Both the position numbers and the translations under genes were made by a program. A stretch of DNA of 64,000 bases from Rhizophagus irregularis. Lineage: Eukaryota. The notes under the pieces were generated by a model. The model was given only the letters and a program-made list of their open reading frames with translations. It ran no database searches and was not told the DNA's origin. Shown one piece after another: positions 12,796 through 24,746 of the stretch (positions within the stretch are counted from its first letter, which is position 1; each line of letters begins with the position of its first letter). The DNA lies in contig NC_089432.1 of the NCBI RefSeq assembly GCF_026210795.1, forward strand, positions 1,488,001-1,552,000. The letters run 5' to 3'.

Positions 12796-14444
12796 ACCAT
12801 AAGCATAATATAATGAATGTTTATGAAAAACTGACGCTAAATTTTCTTACGTCATTATTTCGGCCGAAATTGTTGTAAAATCTGGTCGAAATTAGAATGT
12901 TGGCCCAAATTTAGCTAGCAGCTTTAAACTTGAATGAGATCTGGGTTGAGAAACTTCTTTGTACATGTTAATCACTTATTTTCCTTGATTAAACATACGA
13001 AATTATAAGCATTGTATAGCAGATAATACTGTACATGATCCCTAGCACGTCAGTTAAAAAATTATTAGCAGCTCCTACAGCTCCTAGTAAATCAGCTATT
13101 CGAAAATAACAAATAATGTTACAGTACCAACTGTTGAATAATCCAAATTTTATTAAAAAAAAGACTATAATTTAATAGTAAAGTGAATAGTATTTTATTA
13201 TGTGTATTTTGTTGACAGATTAGTTTATAAATGAATATTCTATACAAACAACTTTTTTCCTCAATTACGAGTATTTCAGCTGTAATTTCCAAACAAGTCG
13301 TAAATGGTCTTTTTTATCAAAGTTTTTAAAGCATAATTGGCATCTATCATGATTAGATTTTACTAAAAGAATTGATATTAAAATCTCATTTACACATGAA
13401 TTTTGCTGAAAATTTGCAAAGGATAATAATACCAAATTGAGTTGTAAAAGAGAATTAGTGATCGACACGAGGGAAATTTTTAAATTTGTGCGACGTACGC
13501 GTCTTAAAATTTTGTCATAAAATGGTTCAGAATGTGTCAATTTTAAAGTATTTCATTAAATAGAATTCATTCATAACTACATAATAATAGCAAATTCCAA
13601 AAATCAAATTAAGCCAAAAAAGCAAAAAAAAAGGAAAAGCTAAAATATTATCATTTACACAATTCTCTTAAATTTCTCATAATATTTTTAGAATTTAAAT
13701 GTTTTTATATCTAGAAAAATTTTTATTACTTACTAATCGAAAATCTTTTTTAAAAATATCGAATATTATGAAAAATCTGAACTAATAAAATTAATATTTA
13801 GTGATTACTACTTTAATACGATTCCCCGCTGCGGCATAGCGAAAAAAAATTAAGCTTTTTTTAGCAAAAGCTTGATTTTTTTTCTCTCACGGCCTTTACT
13901 TCCCTCTTTCTTTCGAGGTAAACATAAAATTAGGTTCTGATTCACTGACAAAAACCCAATAATTTTTTGATAGACGTAAGGTAAGAGACCAAATTAGGTT
14001 GTAAATGATAATCGAAAGCATTTTTAAAAAATGTATATGGGAACGATGATTCTTCTACTTTTTCGGAATCGAAAACTCACTAGTTTTTATATATAACTAT
14101 ATACGGGAAGATTTTGTTGATATGCTAAATTGGGTTGTAAATTGATTTCTAATCAACATTTAATTATTTAAACCCTTCTATATCCCCTGATTCATTACTT
14201 ACTCTGCATTTGTTTCAAGAGCAGCAAACCTAGTGCCTTATTTTCCCTACTCGTTTATTAATAGGTTGCTATCTTTTAAATCTTGTAAGTTTGCGCTTGT
14301 TGATTCTCCTTTACTGTTTGAACGTCCCCTCTTCTGTTTCTAATAAGATTTTTAATCTATTTTTAGTATTCTCTATATTAAAATAAAGTCATCAGTAACG
14401 ATAACCAAAAAATAATATCGACTTTTTATACTTCTATATTTAAG

Positions 14445-14672
14445 ATGTCTGGAAAATTTGGTTTTGAAATGAAGGCAGGTATTGATGTGGTAGAAGTTGA
14501 CGGTGGGGGTGTTAAAGTAAAGGTTAGACCTAATCTTGATACAGGTGCATCTGTTAGCAGCGATGGTGTAGAAGCTAAAGTTGGAGGCGTAGGTTTTAAA
14601 GTCGGAAAAGTAACAGGATTCAGCACACCTTTGGGAAACTTTGAAATTAATTTTGTAAAAATGTTTGGTTAA
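14445..14672 (+). CDS. Small Gly/Val-rich beta-strand protein, 75 aa, function unknown
   Basis: Locally GC-richer ORF with strong codon bias in an AT-rich background, aagATG context, alternating hydrophobic pattern; no signal peptide. Confidence 0.7.
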   Translation: MSGKFGFEMKAGIDVVEVDGGGVKVKVRPNLDTGASVSSDGVEAKVGGVGFKVGKVTGFSTPLGNFEINFVKMFG

Positions 14673-15922
14673 ATATCTATATTTTAAACTGATGATAATT
14701 AATTTCGACATTTCTGTTTATTTTTTTTTCTGTTATTATACATCGTGAGATCTTCAGTTATTTGATAACTTCTCGTTATATATCAACATCAATATAGTAT
14801 AGCCTTAATTACATCTTTGATTTATGTAAATTGTTCTCGTATTTGGATATTGTTTATAAATAAAGTCATTACTATATTATAAAATAAACATTTGTGATTT
14901 ATAAAAAAAAAGTCAACACGTACTATCTGCTATGTTTTACTGTTTGTTTTAATGAAGTGTAATTCAGATTTCTACTCCACATAATTATAGGATAATAATA
15001 ATCATAATTTACTCTCACGATTTATAAAATATTTGAGGCCTAATGGATCGATGAATTAATGCTACAATAATAAAACTTTACAATTATTTTTATTACATTT
15101 ATCTTTTGTAATTATCTCCACATTTTTTTTTCAGAATATTTTTTAGCTTTACTTTCATAATGATTCTTGATGGATACTCAGATTTGATTGTAACAATACG
15201 TATATTTTGCATTATATTTTTAATAGGCAGTTGAGAATATTAAGCAAAAAATTTAGAAAATTTACGCAAGTTCAGAATAAATATTTTTTTTAAAAAAATA
15301 AATAAATAAATAAATAAATAAAATAATTACCGAAATATATACAAAATATCATTTAATGTCAAGTTTCATCAACCATTTTCAAAACGGTTTATCCTATTAA
15401 TTTGCTATTAAATATTCTAAATACAATATTCAGCCGGTTGTGTCCTATTCTGTATAACCAGTGGCGACTGTACATATCAAATATGAAATATGAAAATATA
15501 TATAGATTTCATTAAAAATTTTGTTTCAATAATTACTTATAGTACCTAATTGAATTAACGACCAATATGATGGAATTCCAGGATAATATATATAGTATCA
15601 TTCTAATACTGTAGATAAAAATTATGAAGGGCGCTGTACTGTTACATCATAAATATTGTAATAACAATAATGAATACTATAATAGTAAATGAAAGTCTAA
15701 ATAATCTTACCGACTGAACGATTATATTATTTATTTCATATTGGGGAATTTTATTCAACTTATATGGTTGATAAATAAGGCTAATACTCAAATGAATGAA
15801 ATGGTGAATAAAATGATCATCATAGTTGTAACACAAAGGGCAATAGTTAATTTAAAATTATTGAAATTGTAAAATTCTAACTTTAAAGTTAATTATATGA
15901 ATTTTAACGCTTAAAATATGTT

Positions 15923-15998
15923 CATTTCGATTTATATTGTAAATATACTTAAATCCTGCACATTTCAATTTATATTGTAAATATACTTAAATCCTGCT
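15923..15998. repeat. 38-bp direct tandem duplication
   Basis: catttc(g/a)atttatattgtaaatatacttaaatcctgc occurs twice. Confidence 0.85.
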
Positions 15999-16304
15999 GT
16001 TAAAATTTTCAACTTCAAATAACAAGTTCGAAAACAAAATAAGTCAAACAAATAAGAAATTAAACGAACAAAATTTTCAAATACTAAAGTACAATATTGG
16101 AAAATTGAATGTAAATAAAGTGTACAGTAGTTGTTCTCATAGTTTTAGCACACTTGAATAAATTTTGGAAAATCAATTTCGGATAATTGTCGGATAAATT
16201 TCGGCTAAATGGTTAAGTTCGGGTAAATTTCAGATAAATTTCGGTAAATATCAATTTCGTTGTGATTATTTTATTATAAATATTCCACAATTTTCATGTT
16301 GGAA

Positions 16305-17835
16305 TTATCGGTGCAGGACCGGGAAGGCTTATTCTTTATTATTCTTTGATAAAAAACAAAGATAAAAAAGAATTCAATGTAAAGATCTTTGAATGAGAAT
16401 CTGGTCCTAAAGGTAAATAGTTTGTAGAATTTTGTAATTAGTCTTTCATTGATAATATCACGTGACTAACTCAAACTTTTGTGTTATTAAACATTAGATC
16501 GATGGCAAGGTTATCATGTAGGCTTTACATCTCAAGGATTTAAATCACTTATGAATTGTATTCCGTCCTCAGTCGCTTTAAATCTTCCAAAAGCAATTCC
16601 AAATCCAGTTCCTGATGTAGAATACCATGGAGTTTCAGCTAATGATCATGAAGGAAATCTTTTACTAAGACCTCTATTTAAACAATTTAAAAATATTTAT
16701 GAAATCGCTGAGATCCCTGATCATTTCCTATCAGTGACTGTTGCTTATCGTGATAGACTTAGAGATGTTTTATTAGAAAATGTTCCAGTTCAATGGGGTA
16801 AAAAGCTTGTTAGATATGAAGAAACTGATGAAGGTGTTTGGGTAAATTTCGATGACGGTTCACGAGAATTTTGTGACATTTTAGTTGATGCAAGTGGAGT
16901 TAATTTCCCAGGTAAGAATTCGAGATTTAATAAATTAAAATAAATATTATTTATTTTGTTTGACTAATAATTGATACGTATTTTTTTTTTCTTTAGTTCG
17001 AAAACAAAAAATACCAGAATTACAAATTAACGATATTGGAGCAACTTTTGTTGTTGCAAATGTTGTCGTACCTAAGCATCTAATAGACAGGCTAATTAAA
17101 GTCAATGGAAATAGTTTAATTCAAAAAACACTTGGATTAAATGGAGATTCAACACTTATTGCATTACGTTTAATTCCAATTGAACAAGTACAAAATTTCA
17201 AGAATAAAAACAACTCTGATGAACTTCATTATAGAACCATGATAGCTTATTTTTATTCTAGCGAATTAGATAATGAAGAAACTGAAAAATTCAAAGTTGA
17301 TGATAATAATCCAGCATCGGTTGTTGAACATGTTAAAAATATGATTTGAAAATTAAGACCAGAGAGTGAAATGACAGATGTTTTATTAGAATTATGGGAT
17401 TTAGCTCCTAAAGCAGTTCCAAAAGAATCACAAACTTATCCATTCAAAACTTATAATCCAATACAATTAAGAAAAGTAAGAGATATCAATCCATTAACTA
17501 TTAATTCGTGGACAAGTAGCCGAATTACATTAATTGGAAATGCAGCACATGCTATGAGTCCGTTATTAGGATTAGGAACAACACATGCTATTCAAGATGC
17601 TGAAGCTCTTTCTCAAGCATTACTTAACTATTCACCAGAAAATTATATTTCTTGTATTAAAGAATATGAAAATAAAATGTTAAAACGAGCACCTGTTGAT
17701 GTATTAAAATCTAGATATGCTACAATAAAACACATTACACCAGTTGGATATTTTGGTCTTATTATTAGAAATAGTATACTAAAAACTACAAATTTTTTAA
17801 TGAAAGTTCGTGATTTTGTTATAAATTTTGTTTAA
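16305..17835 (+). pseudogene. Pseudogenised duplicate of the FAD monooxygenase
   Basis: Near-identical exons and introns to 9896-11454, but the start codon region is deleted, CGA>TGA stops occur at 16394-16396 and 17347-17349, GPGG>GPGR and GDAAH>GNAAH. Confidence 0.92.
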
Positions 17836-20800
17836 TAATTTCATTTTTAGATATAGTTAAAATTTATTAATATTTTACTAGGGGGACTTTTATATACAAT
17901 TTTAGATATAGTTAAATTTTGTTATTATTGTATTAGAGGATTTTTTATATATAAATATAAATAAAGTTTACATCTCATTTAAAAGCGTAAATAAAAAATG
18001 GAGATTTGATAGATTAAGTCCGAATTTGAAATTTTTACATTATAATAGTATCAAATATTTAAGTGATTTGGTTTTTTTTTAAAAAAAATAAATAAATGAT
18101 TTTTTTTATTAAATGTTATCTTTTGATTTTAGTTGACTTTATCTTTAGTGACTGATATAATGACATACCTTTACCACACACCAGGATCACCAACTAAAGC
18201 TATATTACCTATAATATTTTTAATTTTAGCAGTAAATGATTCAGTTTATTTGTAATTAGTATTTCTAGTAACTAAAAAAAAGAAAAAAAATAAATATAAT
18301 ATTCTTAGAATAATTTTCAAATTAATTATTTACCATATATTATTTCTTTAAAGTTGAAATTTCTTCATTCTATCAGTGATTGTAAATCTCTGCATTTACC
18401 TATTATGAGAAAGAAGAAATTATTAATAGTGTGCTAAATTTTTATTTAATGGTAAAGAAGACATAGCCAATTCCTCCTTTAGAATTAGCAGACTTTATCA
18501 ATAACAAAGTAGGATGTTATTTGCTTGAGTTGGTTATCAAGTGAACAAGAGAAATAAAAAAAAATAAAAAAAAATAAAAAAAGGGAATAAAAAAATAAAA
18601 ATAAAATAAAATAAAAAAGAAAAGCAGGTAATTTCAAGGAATTACCCACTTTGCTCACCCTTACCCAACCCAAACAAATAAATCCAGTACCCTCCTAAGT
18701 AAAATTTGTGAACTCCCCGACTCAATGAGTTATCCGTTCTAATTTTAGCTTAGGAAGTTACCCACTTTGCAAATAAAAAAATACACACCTCTTTTAAAGT
18801 CTCTTGAGCCATTTTGCACTCATCTAGAAAACTGGTAATGCACCATTCAGAGAACTTTCATCTGTTGTCTAATGTTTCAATACAAAATAGTGCTATAACT
18901 GATAAATAAAAAAAGGAATAAATATGATCCAGTCAGATAACAAATATAAAGTATATCAAAAAAAATAAATTTTCGCGTTTTTAATATTTGATACGCACCC
19001 TTTTTCAAGAACTCCTCTAAGAAATAAGTTTATAAAACAACTGAAAACTGCACAAATAATATGTGGAGTGTTTTATATGCCATCTTCATTTTATCCTATC
19101 GCTCTATAATAAAAAAAAGATTTTTTAATATTAATAATAAAGATTCAAGTATAAAAATAATAAAGAAATAAATATTTACTATTACTTTGCTGAAATATCG
19201 ACAAAAATTTGATCACGGACGTCACTTCGTCCCTTTCTTAGGTGTACGCGACGTCTTTGTTTATTAGGCTTCTTCAGAACGGTCTTTTCTGCTAATACAG
19301 AATATATAAAGGAACAGGGTATGGGTGGATGGTGCGTGTTTGTTTGTGTATTTCTCACTCTTCTCTCGTTTTCCTTCTTTCTCTAGGTCTTCTCTTATAG
19401 TTCCCTTTCCTTTACATCTTCTATTAGATATGTAGGCTGGAAGTGTGGGTTGTGCGTAAGGGTAGAGTATGAGAGTATTTTTTTTTTAGAAAAAACTGTT
19501 GGTATATATATATGTTGAGAGTATATATATATTTGTAAAAAAATCGCGACGCGTGAGTAAAAAAATGATGACTAACATTGTATCTATTGTATCTCGTGAT
19601 TCTGCAATTGATGAGATTGATGAGATGATGTGCGGAGCTTAATTATTATAATATAATATTATTTATGATTATAATAACCAATACTTTGTTGTGGCTTAGT
19701 GATTAGTAATCATATTTGAAGTTAGATATATATAATTTTAAGATATTAAAGTGGCTTTGTGATTAAAAATAGTATTTTATACAATAATTTTATGTCCGAC
19801 ATGGATGATGTCAAATCATTGTACTACATGCTGAATCACCTGATCATCTCAAATAATTTATTCATTTTACGTTATAAAATTAATGTTTCTTTATAAAATT
19901 TATTAATTATACAATTTTTATATTATCAATAACATTGTTTTTTTTTCATTGACTAGTGATTAAAATTGCATCAAATTTGACCATACATATTATAATCACG
20001 AACCAGAGAAAATTATTTGTTCGTGTACCCCAAATTTTATTCATATGAATGGCGTAAAATTCAAAAGCATCAGTATATCATCTGTTATGTCATATTTATT
20101 TATTTAGTCTTAAAAATTTGCTTTATTTTCGATCAAAATGAAAATCTTATTAACGTGATGGTTAACATTCTTACCAAACGTTTACAATAGTAAGTAAGTC
20201 ATTACTTATTTATTTCTTTTAATGAAATGTAATTTAGATATGTATATTACTCATTTTTAAATACATAGAGTTAGATATATTGAACACGAGAACACGACGT
20301 GTTAATATTCTCTGAATAATTATACAAGATGAGTCAATTTTCATAAAAAAAAGTATATATATTCTATATATTTTTTTCATAACATATTTTTTCGTATTTT
20401 TTTTTATTTCAATAACTCGGCAACAAAAAAAAAGTTGTTCGCGCGTGAACAACTGTCGTTTGCCGAAAAAAAAGTTTTTTTTTCTTTGATCGTTAAATGA
20501 GGTAACTAAATTCCTCAAGGGTGCAACAGTATGCAAGAAAAAAAAAGTATTTCTGGATAATTGATTATGTTCTGCTTCAGAATTATTATTATTATTATTA
20601 GACCTATCATTTGATTTTCGATGCTCTCGAAGACCAACGTGATCTTCATTACGACGACGAGATCGTTCATGACCAGGTAATGGAGTATTGTGAGTAATAT
20701 TCGGTATATACCGTACCCATTTATCTTTGTGAAATATCTTCCAAACGAGATTATCAATATGCGCAAAAAAATATTTTGAAATCTTTCATCAATTACGGTA

Positions 20801-23749
20801 TATTTTATAAGATAATGTATAGTTACTTGAAAAATGAATAATAAAAAATTTATTAAAATTTTTACTATTTATGTTTTATAATGATGGAACCGAAAATATA
20901 TCTAAAATTTAGAAGATTGCTATTCTAATATGTCTTTTCATTACATATGAATCCAAATTTGCAAGTATTGACCCTAGTATTTTAATAAAAAAAAATGGTT
21001 TTAAAAAAATTTCCGAAGAAAAAAAAAACTTTAAAATATAGATGCAAGTTATTTAAGGACTATAATTTTGGATATTTGACGGGGAATGCAGAATCTTGTT
21101 TCGAATTAAGAAAAATAAGCGTCAATATATAAATCTACTTCTTTTTTATGTTAGTAACGCATTTCTTTATATAAATTGTTACACAAAAGAAACAATAATA
21201 AGATAGTAGAAATACATAGCAGTATACATACTCTTACAACAATTACATTGTCTTATACAGTATGAAGTGAAGATCAGCAATACGGTAATAAAAGACTTAC
21301 AAATTATAATGGTTTTTCCATAAAATTTATTATATTTCCACTAAACATCCCAAATAAATAAAAATCATGAATCTTTCTAGACCTATCATTGCCCACCGCT
21401 ACCCGTTACTGCCTGCCACTGCAAAAAAAATTAGGCACTGCCCCGTTACTACCCGTCACTGCCGAAAAAATTAAAAATATTTAGAGTATGGCTATCGACC
21501 CTATAAAAATTTCTGGAAAAAACTCCGATAAATGTCAATTTCCCAAAAAAATTCAGATATGTAATCAATTTTCAAAGATTTTTATAGGGAAACTAAAACT
21601 ATTAAAATTGTTTTTCGAGTTTTAAAATTAATATGTATCAGAATAATATTCTATTTTGTCAGAATATAGTATCATTATGATTGAAAAAGAAAATATTTAA
21701 TTTAAGTAAAAAAAAAAAAATAAAACTATTTGAGTAGGCAATCGTTTTAAATTATAGTAAGTCTTTGTTGTTGGTTTTTACATGCTATGAAGTTGTGCTT
21801 ATGCACCTATCATATTCTCAGCATTTTACAGATAAAAAGTTCAAAAAAGAACAGAAAAAAATTCGATTCGGATTGAAAATCCATCCGACGGATGAAAAAT
21901 TTATTCCGAACCAAACTCAATTCTTAAATTTATTATATTATGTATATTATGTATCTCAAAAAAAACTCCTTTTCTTTATTGATTAAATCCATGTATAAAT
22001 TGACTATCTGTCAATCCGCAGATTGGGACTACTTCAAAGTGCTAAATTTCCATGATCAAGCTGATCATTGAATCATATCAAATGATCGATGTTAATTGGT
22101 TCGATTAAAGTCTACACATTACGAATTTAAAGAGGTATTGGTTATTTAGGTGATACTCCGATACTCCTAAAAAGGGATGTTTACAGTATGGTACTATAAT
22201 CTTAATAATAAATTAGATATTTTTTTACGATGACTAAAAATCTTGATCAGTTTTGTACACGTAGCAAAAATTTTATGCACGATCGATCATAAGATCAATA
22301 AACAGAGTAATTATCTAAATATTGATATTGATCTCTTGATCTATAGGAAAAAATTTGAGTAATATCATGCATAAAATTTGTTTAATTATGATATACCCTG
22401 ACTAAAACAATTTATATAAAAAAAGGTTAAATCATTTCATTCTTTATTCTCTTCCGCTTACTCTTCTTCCTTCTTTTCCTCTCACCCATCATTCCCAACA
22501 AAGTAACCAAATAAACTTATCTTTCTCTTTTTTTTTATTCCCGCTTCGCAGTTTTCACCTTCCTTTTCTTAAAAAAAAGTTCTTTTTTTTCGCTGGTTAA
22601 TATATTATTCCGTTTCTCTTTTACACGCACTATCTTCCTTTCCTTTCTTTCCTCATCATTTTCTTCTCCTTTTCCTTTTTCCAAATTCTTTCCTTCATCT
22701 CATTCGTCCATTTCTTTCCTTTTTTTGGGTACTTTGGTTGAAGCAGCATGATGCTATGCATGGGCGGGAGCATAGCGTGCTTACCTTGTAAGCTGTGAGT
22801 ACCAACTTTGCTGCAGTCTCACAGTAGGGCTGGTTGGGAATTATTCGGGGCGCGGGCTGGAGCGTGGGTACCAGTTATTACTGCAGTCCCGCGATAGGAC
22901 CGATTGGTTGTGGAACGGTATGGTGCTATGCGTAATATTTTTACGGGGTAGAGTATAGTGCACTTTTTAGGAAGACCCTTTTTGGTAGGGCCGTAGTACT
23001 TTATCGTTAATATGTTAATGATAAGCAGTAAGATTTTCTGCAATAAATAAATCAATTTAATTTTTTTTTTTTGTGATTTACATTTTAAAAAAATTTTTTT
23101 ATTCAAAAATATATATGAAATATATATGACTAAAATTTCTACGTTAATATTTAGTTGCTCATTAATTTTTTTATAACGTATCTTTAATCAATGCATTTAT
23201 AGCTAATAAAGTTTTTTTTTAAAAAAAATACGTATATATATATATATATAAAGTTATATACTGTAATATGATCACATATTTTGATAATTATTTAGATTCC
23301 CACATTATTCGTTTATGCAAGGATATTCGTTAATAAAATTGCTGAATGATTTGGGTTATTGAACGGGGCGGTTATTTTAGTGACCTTTTAAACCTTTCCT
23401 AAAATTGTATAAGTCTGTTAGAAGACTGCTTCTATAAAAAAAAAAAATTATTTTATCATGAATTAATATCAATATTATGGTAGAATAAATTTCAAACTAT
23501 AATTTATTATAATAATTTATTATTTTATATTCATGTATGCATAGTGCACACTGTAATATCAGGAAAAATTTTTTATAGATTAGCGTAATATTTCGGAAGT
23601 GGTGTAAAATTTTGAAATATTTAGAAATTGCAGATCGATCAACCAATGAAAGTTGGCAAGTCCACTGATCGGCTGATGTTCGTTTTCATTATGTTAAAAA
23701 TAATTATTATGATAGTTATTAATACCGAATTTAGTGAGAGCGTACAATA

Positions 23750-24170
23750 TAAACATGGGGACGAGACCCTGAACAAATTTCCAAAACCAGAAACTAATTT
23801 CGGTTATCCCAATCCCAATGTTTGATAATCATCTTATTTTTTAAGTCTTAATTTAGAAGTCTTTTGCTCTTTTTTAAATAATAAATTTACCATAAAATTC
23901 AAAACAAACAAAGTCTGCAAGTAGTAGATTTTTTGAGCAAGGAGACGAATTAGTCAAAGGGCACTGTGTTACAAGTAACTTTAATTCATAATGATATAAT
24001 TTTATTAATATAATTTTATATAATAAACATAGTGAACTAATAGGTTTCTGTTGTATTTCGATATAAAAGTTTCTGGATTTTGGGTTAGATTCGGTAAATG
24101 CATGTTCCGAAACTAAGCTTCTGTTTCGGGAGGTTTCGGTTTCGTGCCCCATGTTTACCGGGCGCGGGCC
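23750..24170. mobile_element. Degenerate MITE
   Basis: taaacatggggacgagacc / ggtttcgtgccccatgttta inverted repeat; subterminal gaaac/gtttc repeats; no clear TSD. Confidence 0.5.
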
Positions 24171-24746
24171 GTACAAGTTTTTATAGTCATAAACAAAATT
24201 TAAAATCAACAAAATAAATATAATAGAGGTAAGTAATCAGGAGTTAATTTCAAAGTCAAGGCGTTCGATAATGTTTTTATTGTTACTGTATAATACAAAA
24301 GTTATATCTTCGGCAAATAAGCAAACTACCAATTGCGGAATCAATAATTCAAAAGCAACTAACCACATATCGCGAAAATGTTGTAACATGTCAAATGTAC
24401 GCATTTAATAAATACCAACGATCAACGAAAATAATATCTTTTATTGATTCTATAATTAAGGCCTACACTAAACTAGTAAGTAATTATTTTCACTTTTGCC
24501 AGCTCAATACTTTAAATATCATTCATTCATCTATTCAGTAAATAAATTTTTATTTCCAATAAAATAATAATTTAATTTGATCAAAATCGTTTTTATATAA
24601 ATCTTAAATATAAATGCTTTAATATCCAACCAAAATAAGAATATCTAAAAACCCACCCATTAATTTTAATTAATTAAAATATTTATTTTATTCTTTCCAA
24701 CGCTCCAATATTCTTAATGTTTTATTCTCTATATATTTGTACTGAC

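Noticed and set aside
13265..13540. C2H2-like CQLCFKNFDKKDHLR
   Set aside because: Second His pair missing and no credible gene structure.
16551..17835. Second functional monooxygenase (ORFs 16551-16943 and 17371-17835)
   Set aside because: Start region deleted, two nonsense codons and damaged FAD-binding motifs; treated as a pseudogene.
18160..18275. Minus-strand NIALVGDPGV(GK), P-loop-like
   Set aside because: Frameshifted at the motif with an upstream stop and no supporting exons; at most a tiny pseudogene relic.
20515..20790. Coding-like minus-strand frame (WKIFHKDKWVRYIPN...), vaguely like an HMG-box tail
   Set aside because: No start codon or splice structure found; similarity too weak to call.
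22740..23010. Assignment to U1, RNase P/MRP, SRP or telomerase RNA
   Set aside because: Only partial look-alikes (cttacct, gggaa..ttcgg); the required partner motifs were not found, so it is left as an unassigned candidate.
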